Part shown: positions 19,432-28,860 of the stretch, piece after piece | How the letters are laid out: each line of letters begins with the position of its first letter | Position numbering within the stretch: position 1 is the stretch's first letter | Source of the DNA: Nitrospinota bacterium | GTDB lineage: Bacteria > Nitrospinota > Nitrospinia > Nitrospinales > Nitrospinaceae | Direction: 5' to 3' | DNA: 64,000 nt | Assembly (NCBI GenBank): GCA_029879645.1 | Contig: JAOUPX010000001.1 | Coordinates: 4,417 to 68,416, forward strand | Notes under the pieces: generated by a model | The model's input: the letters and a program-made list of their open reading frames with translations, nothing else | Told to the model about the DNA's origin: nothing | Database searches by the model: none | Made by a program: the position numbers and the translations under genes

Positions 19432-19800
19432 GTGTTCCAAAAAATAGCTTTCATTCACTATTGCACAGAAAACCTTGAACGGGCGATCAGGTTTTACCGG
19501 GATATTCTGGGCCTTCAGGTCTTGGTTCAAAATGAGGAATGGATAGAGTTCGCCATTGGGGATCAACGACTGGCCCTGCGCCAAGTAAACTCCATGCCTC
19601 CAAATCCCGAAGGACCGAATCCCAATGGAGCGATGGTTTGGCTGTTGGCTCAACCCATTGAAAAATCCATCTCACAATTAAAAGAAAATAATATCAATAT
19701 TATCAATGAGTTATCAATATTCTCTTATGGTAAAACTGCAACCTTTTCAGACCCGGACGGGAACCTCATCGGCCTCTATGAACCCCCTTCCAAAAAATAA
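19432..19800 (+). CDS. VOC-family (glyoxalase/bleomycin-resistance fold) protein
   Basis: 122 aa with a GTG start and GAGGA 11 nt upstream. It carries AIRFYRDILGL and FSDPDGNLIGLYEP. Confidence 0.8.
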   Translation: MFQKIAFIHYCTENLERAIRFYRDILGLQVLVQNEEWIEFAIGDQRLALRQVNSMPPNPEGPNPNGAMVWLLAQPIEKSISQLKENNINIINELSIFSYGKTATFSDPDGNLIGLYEPPSKK

Positions 19801-20431
19801 ATTCTTAAAAGTCGCCTGGATCACTTCTGGGCTGACGACACTATTTCTGGCATTTGGTTTTTATGAAACCTTATGGCCCTATCAAAGCTGGTTCCAACCC
19901 GTATCCAAGGTCTACGCCCTATCCCTCTCCTTATTATTCCCTGCTCTCATTATTATCTTTGGATCGTATTCTCTAATCGCTTGGATCATAGCCAAACGGA
20001 AAAATAAGGATTTAAGTTCTCCCGTTGTTATCGGGCCCACTATTTCGGTGACCATACTATTCCTGTATGTATGCTCCCCCTTTATGCCCACATTTTTGCC
20101 CAATGGCTCCCATTCCCAGCCATTCGATTCCGATTTATGGATAGCGGACGATTCCATCCTTGTCAGGGATGGCATCACCAATCGGCAAAAAATGCTTGGG
20201 GACGTGATTGATAATATTCTGCCAGGAAGGTCCAAAAACGAAATCATAAAACTTCTGGGACTATTCAGCGATAGTTCGAATCATTCCGCACCCAACAACT
20301 CGAATCAACCTACTCTGATCTTTTATCTCGGTCCGGCCCGTAGGGATATCATGGGAATCCAGGCAGAATGGCTAAAGGTTTATCTGGATCCTTCAGGGCA
20401 CTTCGCGAAATACGAAGTCTACAAGTGGTAA
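19778..20431 (+). CDS. Hypothetical membrane protein with a BamE/SmpA-like C-terminal region
   Basis: Three N-terminal TM helices. The ATG at 19778 is chosen because the longer ORF (19706) runs through the VOC gene. The C-terminus reads GRSKNEIIKLLG..EWLKVYLDPSGHFAKYEVY. Confidence 0.5.
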   Translation: MNPLPKNKFLKVAWITSGLTTLFLAFGFYETLWPYQSWFQPVSKVYALSLSLLFPALIIIFGSYSLIAWIIAKRKNKDLSSPVVIGPTISVTILFLYVCSPFMPTFLPNGSHSQPFDSDLWIADDSILVRDGITNRQKMLGDVIDNILPGRSKNEIIKLLGLFSDSSNHSAPNNSNQPTLIFYLGPARRDIMGIQAEWLKVYLDPSGHFAKYEVYKW

Positions 20432-20481
20432 ACTTCCGCAACCCTTTCTTTTTTAACTATTTCCATTACTTTTGGATGTGC

Positions 20482-20509
20482 TTGACTCAAAACCCAGTTG
20501 TTGTAAGAT
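20482..20509 (+). promoter_or_regulatory. Sigma-70-like promoter predicted to give a leaderless moaC transcript
   Basis: TTGACT (20482-20487), a 16-nt spacer, then TAAGAT (20504-20509). The moaC ATG begins 7 nt after the -10 element and no Shine-Dalgarno is present. Confidence 0.4.
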
Positions 20510-20515
20510 AGTGCC

Positions 20516-21025
20516 ATGACAAATCCATTGACACATTTCAACGAAGAAGGTCGGGCCAGGATGGTGGACGTGTCCGACAAGACGGTCACCGAGCGCGTTG
20601 CAACCGCCCAGGGCACGGTCTATATGCAACCGGAAACCCTGCGCCTGATCGAGGAAGGCCAGATCAAGAAAGGCGACGTGCTGGCTGTAGCTCAGGTGGC
20701 GGGCATCATGGCCGCTAAAAAGACCTCGGATGTCATCCCGATGTGCCATCCCCTGTCACTGAATGGAGTGGATATCAGCTTCGAGGAACAATTTGATCCC
20801 GATGCAACATCCGGCCTGTGTTCCATTAAAATTACCGCCACTGTCAAGGTCACCGGAAAAACGGGGGTGGAAATGGAAGCGCTCACCGCGGTTTCCGTTG
20901 CCGCACTCACCATTTATGATATGTGCAAAGCGGTCGACAAAGGAATGTTCTTCAATCAGATCGGTTTGACCTATAAAGCCGGCGGTAAATCCGGCACCTT
21001 TTCGCAGGAGATTGGTGGAGCGTGA
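20516..21025 (+). CDS. moaC: Cyclic pyranopterin monophosphate synthase
   Basis: [41 protein letters not shown] and [13 protein letters not shown]. Confidence 0.95.
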   Translation: MTNPLTHFNEEGRARMVDVSDKTVTERVATAQGTVYMQPETLRLIEEGQIKKGDVLAVAQVAGIMAAKKTSDVIPMCHPLSLNGVDISFEEQFDPDATSGLCSIKITATVKVTGKTGVEMEALTAVSVAALTIYDMCKAVDKGMFFNQIGLTYKAGGKSGTFSQEIGGA

Positions 21026-21030
21026 GCATT

Positions 21031-21282
21031 ATGATTACTGTGAAATACTTCGCCAATCTGAAACAGATGGCCGGAAAAGATGAAGATCAATTCGATATCA
21101 GTGAAGGAACCACTCTTGAACAATTGAGCGATTTGATCCGGCAGTCCGTCCCGCAACTCGGCGACATGGTCCGTGAAAAAAAAGTAATGATCTCTGTTAA
21201 CTACGACGTGGTTCCGCTGGACACGGTGGTCAAGGACGGCGACGAAATCGCCCTGCTTCCGCCCTTCTCCGGGGGAATGTGA
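21031..21282 (+). CDS. moaD: Molybdopterin synthase sulfur-carrier subunit (ThiS/MoaD fold)
   Basis: MITVKYFANLKQ..DEIALLPPFSGG followed by one extra Met. A GTG at 21022 overlapping the moaC stop is an alternative start. Confidence 0.85.
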   Translation: MITVKYFANLKQMAGKDEDQFDISEGTTLEQLSDLIRQSVPQLGDMVREKKVMISVNYDVVPLDTVVKDGDEIALLPPFSGGM

Positions 21283-21295
21283 TAAGGAAATAGTT

Positions 21296-21733
21296 ATGAG
21301 CACTGCGCTGGAATCCAAAGTCAGAATTCAACGGGAAGATTTCTCCGTAACCGATGAAATAGAGTTCATGAAAAAATCGTCGCGCAATATCGGCGGCATC
21401 ACCACCTTCCTGGGAACCGGTCGGGAGTTGAATAAGGGTGAAAATATTTCAGAGCTCAACTTCGAGCATTATCCCCAAATGGCGGAAAAAAAGCTCGGCG
21501 AAATCCGCGAACGTGCTATCAAGGATTTCGGAATCATCGACATGAGCATCATTCACCGCATCGGTCACATCGATATCGGTGAAAATATCGTGTTGATCAT
21601 CGCCTGCGGCGAACATCGTCAGGAAACGTTCAAGGCATGCGAATGGGCCATTGCAGAACTTAAACGCACCACGCCCATATGGAAACGCGAAACCACCACC
21701 AAGGGCGAAGTCTGGGTTCAAGCGACTCCCTGA
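21296..21733 (+). CDS. moaE: Molybdopterin synthase catalytic subunit
   Basis: GGITTFLGTGRE, EHYPQMAEK, IACGEHRQETFKACEWAIAELKRTTPIWKRE. Confidence 0.9.
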   Translation: MSTALESKVRIQREDFSVTDEIEFMKKSSRNIGGITTFLGTGRELNKGENISELNFEHYPQMAEKKLGEIRERAIKDFGIIDMSIIHRIGHIDIGENIVLIIACGEHRQETFKACEWAIAELKRTTPIWKRETTTKGEVWVQATP

Positions 21734-21779
21734 CATTTTGCTGATACCCTCATCAATTCTCACTCTCCGTTGACCGCAC

Positions 21780-24440
21780 ATGGTCGATAGCCTGACACTG
21801 ACAGTCAATTCACGCCTGGCTCGCTGGCTGTTATTTCATTACAGCCGGCAACAAGCTCTTGAAGAACTCCAGGTTTGGGAAAAACCGGCCATTTGTTCAT
21901 TGGATGAGTGGCTCCGCCAAGCCTGGCTACAATCCTGGTCCGACCAATATATCCTGACAGATTTGCAATCCCGTCACCTCTGGCAGAAAATCATCCGCGA
22001 AGATCCTTCAATCAATTCTGTAAACTTATTACATATCCAAGGTGCGGCTTCCCATGCCTCAGAGGCCTACCAGCTTATCCGGAAGTACCGGTTGCCGGAG
22101 GACCCCGCCGGATTTAGAAACTATACCAAGGAAACTCAAACATTCAGAAAATGGATGTCGCGCTACCAAAAACAACTCCACGAGTGGGGAGCCCTGGACC
22201 CCTCTGAGCTCATGGATGCCGTGTCTAAACGTATGAAACAGGGTCATATCCCGTTGCCGGGAGAAATTCTTTTTCACGGCTTCGATGAAATCACACCGCA
22301 ATTGCGTGACTGGCTGGACCTGCTCCAAAGTAAAAACGTGAAGATAGGCTTCATGCCTTTTGAGCCATCAACCCTGATACCAGACCAACTTGAGGATGTA
22401 CTCCTCCAAAAACAGGCGGACGTTCAAAAATACGAGGACGCCAACGAAGAAGCCACGCAATGTGCCCGATGGATACGGTCGATATACCAGGAAGGTAAAA
22501 CCATCGGCATCGTCGTTCCGCAACTGGAAAGCTACCGGGGACTTTTGGAGCGGGAATTTAAGGCCGAGCTTGCGCCAGCCAGTGTGTATCCGTGGGTAGA
22601 GACCCCCCTGCCTTTCAATATTTCACTAGGAACACCCCTGTCGCACGAGCCGATGATCCACTCTGCGTTACTTTTGCTATCACAGAGGAGCAAAAGAATT
22701 CCTCTAATAACTTTTTCCACATTGATCACATCCCCTTTTCTGAAATGTCGGGAGGAGGAAATCATATTCCGCCGCGAACTGGATTGGGGCCTTCGAGGAA
22801 AAGGAATGACGCACGTCTATCTTCCGCAAGCGTTGACCACTGAGGATAAAATGCGCGGGCCTTTTCTGGAAGGATTATTGGAAAGTATCATTAAATGGGT
22901 CGATGAAACCAATTTTGATTTTCCCAGCCAATGGGCTCAGAAAATCTCCAATCTACTTAAAGAACTCGAATGGCCTGCGGGAAGCGGCACCCTATCCGGC
23001 CATCAGGTTCAGGCGCTTGAATCCTGGAAATCCAGCCTGAATGATTTAGCTTCTCTGGACCGGGTATTAAACCGGATCAATCGCCACCAGGCAGTGTCCC
23101 ACCTCACGCACATCGTAGGAGAAACATTATTTCAACCGCAGACACATGAAGAACCGATTCAGGTCATCGGTCTTCTGGAATCGGCTGGCATGGAATTCGA
23201 TCATCTGTGGATCATGGGGTGCCACGCAGAAACCCTGCCGCCGGTCCCCCGGCCCAATCCTTTCCTTCCTTTCCTTACTCACCAGAAGCCATACCAGCTT
23301 CCCCATTCCACGGCGGAGCGGGAATTGGCATTTACCGAGCAGACTCTGTACCGCTTGTCACATTCTTGCAAACACATGATTTTCAGTTACCCGGCCTGGC
23401 AGGGAGAAAGCGAAATGGTACCGAGCCCCCTGATCTCCGGCCTGGTCACCAAACCTCATGCCATCCACAACGAAAACTCATCGCGGCTTGGGGATCACCC
23501 GGAATTTTCTGTTTCACTGGAATCTCTACACGACTTCAATGCCGTCCCGGTAGCCCAAGACGAGATCACCACCATACGTGGCGGAACGAAAATCATTAAA
23601 CATCAGGCAGTATGTCCGTTTCAGGCTTTTGCCGTTCACCGGTTAAACTCCGAGCACAAGGAATTTCCCGAATTGGATATGGATGAACGGGCACGCGGGA
23701 GCCTGGTTCATAATATTCTCGAATTATTCTGGAAAAAGGTTCAAACCAGCGAGCGCCTGCATGAACTGTATGAATCAAACAGTCTGGACCAGCAAATCAG
23801 GGAGAGCGTGGCCCAGGGCCTTGAAATCAGCAAAATAGACATCTACGGCCAGCAATCTTTTTTTGATCTTGAGAAAGAGCGTCTTGCAAACCTTATGCGG
23901 GATTGGATGGAACTGGAAAGACAGAGGCCGGAATTTAATATTTCGAAATTGGAGACCAAGGCAACCTTAAACTTAAAGGGTCTTCAATTGAACCTTTTTG
24001 TTGATCGCATCGATGAATCCAGGAATGGAGAACTGACCATAATTGATTACAAAACGGGAACTAATCAGAATCTTAAAAAATGGTTTGGGGAGCGTATCGA
24101 GGAGCCACAACTGCCACTATACTCATTGACCTTGCCTGCTGACGCGCTGGCTTTTGCCGTGATCAACAAACGTAAATCCACCTACCTGGGTTTGAGTCAG
24201 GAAAATGTGATCATTCCCGGAGTGGATATAAATATCAATAAAAAGTGCCCGGACATTAATCACTGGGATGAATTAAAGGATTACTGGAAAAGCCGATTGG
24301 ACCGGACCGCGGAGGAATTTCTGGAAGGAATTTTAAAGGTCGATCCCCTCAACGAAAACGATACCTGCAAGCTGTGCGATCAGAAAACCCTTTGCCGAAG
24401 AACGGAACTCCTGAGCCGTTTTGAGGGAGAAGACGAATGA
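21780..24440 (+). CDS. addB: AddB-type PD-(D/E)XK nuclease subunit of a helicase-nuclease complex
   Basis: 886 aa. The C-terminal nuclease motif LTIIDYKTG is framed by Cys residues (AVCPFQAF ... CKLCDQKTLC) as in the AddB Fe-S staple. It overlaps the addA start by 4 nt. Confidence 0.8.
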   Translation: MVDSLTLTVNSRLARWLLFHYSRQQALEELQVWEKPAICSLDEWLRQAWLQSWSDQYILTDLQSRHLWQKIIREDPSINSVNLLHIQGAASHASEAYQLIRKYRLPEDPAGFRNYTKETQTFRKWMSRYQKQLHEWGALDPSELMDAVSKRMKQGHIPLPGEILFHGFDEITPQLRDWLDLLQSKNVKIGFMPFEPSTLIPDQLEDVLLQKQADVQKYEDANEEATQCARWIRSIYQEGKTIGIVVPQLESYRGLLEREFKAELAPASVYPWVETPLPFNISLGTPLSHEPMIHSALLLLSQRSKRIPLITFSTLITSPFLKCREEEIIFRRELDWGLRGKGMTHVYLPQALTTEDKMRGPFLEGLLESIIKWVDETNFDFPSQWAQKISNLLKELEWPAGSGTLSGHQVQALESWKSSLNDLASLDRVLNRINRHQAVSHLTHIVGETLFQPQTHEEPIQVIGLLESAGMEFDHLWIMGCHAETLPPVPRPNPFLPFLTHQKPYQLPHSTAERELAFTEQTLYRLSHSCKHMIFSYPAWQGESEMVPSPLISGLVTKPHAIHNENSSRLGDHPEFSVSLESLHDFNAVPVAQDEITTIRGGTKIIKHQAVCPFQAFAVHRLNSEHKEFPELDMDERARGSLVHNILELFWKKVQTSERLHELYESNSLDQQIRESVAQGLEISKIDIYGQQSFFDLEKERLANLMRDWMELERQRPEFNISKLETKATLNLKGLQLNLFVDRIDESRNGELTIIDYKTGTNQNLKKWFGERIEEPQLPLYSLTLPADALAFAVINKRKSTYLGLSQENVIIPGVDININKKCPDINHWDELKDYWKSRLDRTAEEFLEGILKVDPLNENDTCKLCDQKTLCRRTELLSRFEGEDE

Positions 24441-27400
24441 CGCTCCCCATCAATGACGCCGAGGCGAGGAAGGAAGCGCTGGATATCGGGCGCTCCTTTA
24501 TTGTCCAGGCACCTGCGGGCTCAGGGAAAACCGAATTACTCATTCAGCGTTACCTGAAACTATTAGCCCACGTCCAAAGACCAGAGCAGATTCTGGCCAT
24601 GACCTTTACCCGCAAAGCCGCAGGAGAAATGAAGCGCCGCGTCCTGGAAGCCCTCCTCCGTGCCAGGGATACAACGCCTCCAGAGGAAGAGCATGCTAAA
24701 ACAACTTGGGAGATTGCCAACCAGGCCCTCCAGAATAACGACCGCCAGGGCTGGCGCCTTCTGGAGAATCCGCTGCGGCTGAAAATCCTGACCATCGATT
24801 CCTTCTGCGCATCTCTGACCCGGCAAACTCCCCTTCTTTCCGGTATGGGATCATTACTGGAAATACAAGAGGACCCTCGCGACCTGTATCGACTGACCGC
24901 TCACGAGGTACTGGCTCTGGTCGAAGAAGATTCAGAAAGAGGGAAAGCCGTACGGTCCATTCTCAAACGGCTCGATAATTCCAAATCGCGGTTTTTGGAT
25001 CGGATGGTGCAACTGCTCAACAAGAGGGATCAGTGGATGATCTCTTTTTTTGAGAACGCCGATGAGTACCGCTCCCGAAAAGATCAGGAACGCATTCTCG
25101 GCGAACTTGTCGAATCCGTTCTCCGGGAATGCCACACCACCCTGCCCGCCACTCTGCGTGATATTCTTTTTCCTCTGCTTCGTTACAGTGGCGCTAACAT
25201 CGCGCCCACGAATCCGGATCACAATCTCGCCTGCCTGGAAACTATTCAAAATTTCCCAGAGCCTGTGGTCAGTCAGCTGGATCAGTGGAAAGCATTCACA
25301 TCTTTGCTTTTGACCAGCGACAAGAATCCCAAGGCCAGAAAAAAGGTAGATAAAGCCATTGGATTTCCGGCTGACAAAAACGAAACCGCCCGGGAGATGA
25401 AGGAACAAATGCTGGGCGTTCTAGAGCGCCTGCGGGATCATCCTGACCTGGTGAATCTGCTGGGTGTGGTCCGAATCCTTCCCCATCCACGCCTGAGTGA
25501 CGAGGAGTGGGAATTTCTGGAAAACATGATTACCCTGCTTCCCGAAATCAATACAATCCTTCAGCGGGTTTTCGCCGAAGAGGGTAAAATTGATTTTTCA
25601 GAGATCGCCCTCGCCTCCAAGAAAGCACTGGAACAGGAGAAGAATCCCAGCGATCTCCTTCTGAAACTGGATGCCTCCCTCCAGCACATCCTGGTTGATG
25701 AATTTCAGGACACTTCATTCAAGCAGATAGCGCTGTTAAGGTTATTGACCGGTGAATGGATACCCGGCCAGGGAAACTCGCTGTTTCTGGTGGGAGATCC
25801 CATGCAATCGATTTACCGCTTCCGGGACGCTGAGGTGGCTTTGTTCGTGCAGTCCCGGGAGTCTGGATTGGGTCCCCTGCCCCTGGTCCCACTCCAATTG
25901 ATCACCAATTTTCGATCACAGCAGTATGTGGTCGATTGGGTCAACCAATGCTTTAAGGAAATTCTTCCAGAATCCGATGACCCGGACCGCGGAGCCATCT
26001 CCTACACCCAATGTTCATCTATCCGGGAGGCCGGCCTTTCTCCAGGAGTAATGATTCACCCGGTTACCGACTCCAAAACCGATGAAGAGGCTCACCGATT
26101 GGTTGAGGTGATTCAGGATATCCTGGAGCACCATCCCGAAAACTCTATGGCCATACTCGTTCGAGCCAGAACGCATTTACTCCAGATTGTCCAGCAACTT
26201 CAAGAAGCCGCGATCCAGTTCCGTGCCGAAGAAATTGATCCCCTCACCTCCCGTCCGGCCATTCTGGATTTGCTGGCCCTGATGCGAGCACTGATTTCGC
26301 CTATGGATCGCGTGTCCTGGCTTTCCATCCTGCGCGCACCCTGGTGCGGTTTGTCCCTGCAAGATCTGCATCGCCTCTGCCGGCTGGACGCGAGGACTCC
26401 GGTCTGGGATCTATTAATGGATCCTGAGCGGTTTAAGCAATTGAGTGAGGATGGACAAAAACGTGCCGGACGTTTGATCCTTACTCTTAAACCGGCGATG
26501 GAACTTTTTCCTGCGGCCAATTTCCGCAGTCTTCTGGAAGGATGCTGGATCGCCCTCGGCGGTCCCGCCTGTATCGATGTTCACATGGCCAAGGACGTCC
26601 AGGTTTTCTTTGACAAAGTCAGCGAGGTGCTGGACGGCGGAGACTTCGACAATCTGCACAATTTTGAGACCATACTAAACAATCTGTACGCGAATCCTTC
26701 TACCGGGGAAGGCCATGCGGTACAAATCATGACGATCCATAAGGCCAAGGGATTGGAATTCGACTTTGTTCTTTTACCGGGATTGGGACGGCCTCCAAAA
26801 GCAGACGAGAATCAGCTCATTAACTGGCTCACGCACGGAGACAACCTGCTGTTCGCCCCAATACCTGAGGCTGGAGAGGAAACTTCCGATGTTCATCAAT
26901 TTTTGAGGCAAATGGATCAGGAACGGAGCCGCTACGAAACCCGGCGTCTTCTGTACGTCGCGACCACACGCACCAAAAAACAGTGCCACTTGTTCGGCCA
27001 TGTTAAAGAGCGAAAAGATGGACTCAGTCCTGAAAAAAACTCTATGCTGGACCACCTCTGGGATTTCATCGGACACCAATGGACAGAAGCACATGAGAGT
27101 CTTCAGGAACCTCAGGAAACAAAAACAACCCCGACAGAGGATGAGCATTACATTAAACGTTTGCCATTATCATTTAACACTCCAACGGCGCTTCACACTT
27201 TGACCACCGAACCCGCCATGGATATTCAACCGGAAGAAGTGGACAAAGAAAGCATCCCATTTGAGTGGGCGGGAAATAAAGCCCGATGTCTGGGCAACGT
27301 TTTACACCGGTGCTTCGAAGCGATTGTCAAAGACGGTCTGGAACGGTGGAACGACGTACGCATAAACAAGATGAAACAGGCTTTCGAGGCCGCTTTACTG

Positions 27401-27796
27401 GGAGAAGGATTGTCTCCAAGAGAATTAAAAGAAACGACGGACAAGGGTTTACGCGCATTGAAGAATATCATCAAGGATGAAGCCGGCAGGAAAATCTTAA
27501 AGCGATATGAGAATGAAGAATCGGAAATCGCCCTCACCTATAGAGAGGGCCGTAATTTTAAAACCAAAATCGTGGACCGCACCTATGTGGACGAAGAAAA
27601 TGTACGCTGGATCATCGATTACAAAACAGGTGAACACAAAGGCGGGGATATTGAGAAATTCTTTGACGGTGAAAAGGAACGCTACCGTGAACAACTGGAA
27701 ACGTATGCAAAACTAATCAGCCTTCGAGGCGAAACACGCACCATCAAAAAAGCCCTGTATTATCCATTACACCAAAGACTGGTGGAAATTTCTTAG
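24437..27796 (+). CDS. addA: AddA-type UvrD/Rep superfamily-1 helicase with a C-terminal nuclease
   Basis: Walker A APAGSGKTE, TFTRKAAGEM, VDEFQDTS, IMTIHKAKGLEFD, LLYVATTR and the C-terminal WIIDYKTG. Confidence 0.85.
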   Translation: MTLPINDAEARKEALDIGRSFIVQAPAGSGKTELLIQRYLKLLAHVQRPEQILAMTFTRKAAGEMKRRVLEALLRARDTTPPEEEHAKTTWEIANQALQNNDRQGWRLLENPLRLKILTIDSFCASLTRQTPLLSGMGSLLEIQEDPRDLYRLTAHEVLALVEEDSERGKAVRSILKRLDNSKSRFLDRMVQLLNKRDQWMISFFENADEYRSRKDQERILGELVESVLRECHTTLPATLRDILFPLLRYSGANIAPTNPDHNLACLETIQNFPEPVVSQLDQWKAFTSLLLTSDKNPKARKKVDKAIGFPADKNETAREMKEQMLGVLERLRDHPDLVNLLGVVRILPHPRLSDEEWEFLENMITLLPEINTILQRVFAEEGKIDFSEIALASKKALEQEKNPSDLLLKLDASLQHILVDEFQDTSFKQIALLRLLTGEWIPGQGNSLFLVGDPMQSIYRFRDAEVALFVQSRESGLGPLPLVPLQLITNFRSQQYVVDWVNQCFKEILPESDDPDRGAISYTQCSSIREAGLSPGVMIHPVTDSKTDEEAHRLVEVIQDILEHHPENSMAILVRARTHLLQIVQQLQEAAIQFRAEEIDPLTSRPAILDLLALMRALISPMDRVSWLSILRAPWCGLSLQDLHRLCRLDARTPVWDLLMDPERFKQLSEDGQKRAGRLILTLKPAMELFPAANFRSLLEGCWIALGGPACIDVHMAKDVQVFFDKVSEVLDGGDFDNLHNFETILNNLYANPSTGEGHAVQIMTIHKAKGLEFDFVLLPGLGRPPKADENQLINWLTHGDNLLFAPIPEAGEETSDVHQFLRQMDQERSRYETRRLLYVATTRTKKQCHLFGHVKERKDGLSPEKNSMLDHLWDFIGHQWTEAHESLQEPQETKTTPTEDEHYIKRLPLSFNTPTALHTLTTEPAMDIQPEEVDKESIPFEWAGNKARCLGNVLHRCFEAIVKDGLERWNDVRINKMKQAFEAALLGEGLSPRELKETTDKGLRALKNIIKDEAGRKILKRYENEESEIALTYREGRNFKTKIVDRTYVDEENVRWIIDYKTGEHKGGDIEKFFDGEKERYREQLETYAKLISLRGETRTIKKALYYPLHQRLVEIS

Positions 27797-27808
27797 ATGT
27801 AAGTTAGA

Positions 27809-28762
27809 TTAAGCGATACCCTGCTCGCCGAGCCAGCGTTCGGCTTCGAGAGCGGCGGCGCAACCGGCTCCAGCGGCGGTGATGGCCTGCCGATACTTGT
27901 GATCGTGCACGTCCCCGGCGGCAAACACACCTTCAATATTAGTCTGCTGGCTCCCCGGCTTTACGATGAGGTAACCGGTTTCATCCATATCCAACTGGCC
28001 TTTGAAGGGTTGGGTGTTGGGCACATGGCCGATAGCATAAAAGATGCCCGCGAGTTCCAGTTCTTTCACTTCATTGGTCTTGATGTTCTTGATCCTCGCG
28101 CCGGTCACAAACTGGTCACCCACCGCATCTTCCAGCACCGAATCCCAGATAATTTCAATTTTTTTATTTTCCAGAGCGCGTTTCTGCATGATCTTTGAGG
28201 CACGCAACTCGTCACGGCGATGCACCAGGTAAACGATGCTTCCGAACTTGGTGAGGTAGGTGGCTTCCTCTACTGCGGTATCGCCTCCCCCGATCACCAT
28301 AAGCGGATGGTTTCTGAAAAAAGGAAGCGCACCATCGCATACAGCGCAGGCGGACATTCCCTGATTCCATAATTTCTCTTCACTGGGCACGTGCATCCGC
28401 TTGGCGGTCGCTCCAGTGGAGATGATGACCGAATGCGCCTTGATTTCCGTTTTGTCGCCTTTAATGGTAAACGGGCGTTTGCTGAAATCCACTTCATGTA
28501 CATCTTCGCCGACCATTTCGGTGCCGAATCGCTCGGATTGTTTGCGGAACAACTGCATGAGTTCCGGCCCGCTGACCCCTTCCGGAAATCCAGGATAATT
28601 TTCAACATCGGTGGTGGTGGTCAACTGTCCACCGGCGGATCCGCCGACCACATAGCCTTCATACATGAACGGTTGAAGATTGGCCCGCGCCGCGTAAATG
28701 GCGGCGGTGTGTCCTGCCGGACCGGAACCGATAATGGCTACTTTTTTTACATCGTCTGTCAT
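27809..28762 (-). CDS. trxB: Thioredoxin-disulfide reductase
   Basis: GSGPAGHTAAIYAAR, the redox centre CAVCDG, GGGDTAVEEA and AAGDV. Confidence 0.95.
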   Translation of the reverse strand: MTDDVKKVAIIGSGPAGHTAAIYAARANLQPFMYEGYVVGGSAGGQLTTTTDVENYPGFPEGVSGPELMQLFRKQSERFGTEMVGEDVHEVDFSKRPFTIKGDKTEIKAHSVIISTGATAKRMHVPSEEKLWNQGMSACAVCDGALPFFRNHPLMVIGGGDTAVEEATYLTKFGSIVYLVHRRDELRASKIMQKRALENKKIEIIWDSVLEDAVGDQFVTGARIKNIKTNEVKELELAGIFYAIGHVPNTQPFKGQLDMDETGYLIVKPGSQQTNIEGVFAAGDVHDHKYRQAITAAGAGCAAALEAERWLGEQGIA

Positions 28763-28860
28763 TGCTTTAATCCTAATTTCAAATGGGGTTGCACGATTAC
28801 AACTGAACTATTCCCTTTTATGAATTTGAAGGCTCTAAAGATTCATTGATGCGCCAGGTA

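Noticed and set aside
21780-27796. The nuclease and SF1 helicase pair read as a phage-defence module.
   Set aside because: The domain order, the Fe-S staple cysteines in the first protein, the dual IIDYKTG nuclease motifs and the 4-nt coupling match housekeeping AddAB recombination and repair. There are no associated methylase, ATPase or toxin genes.
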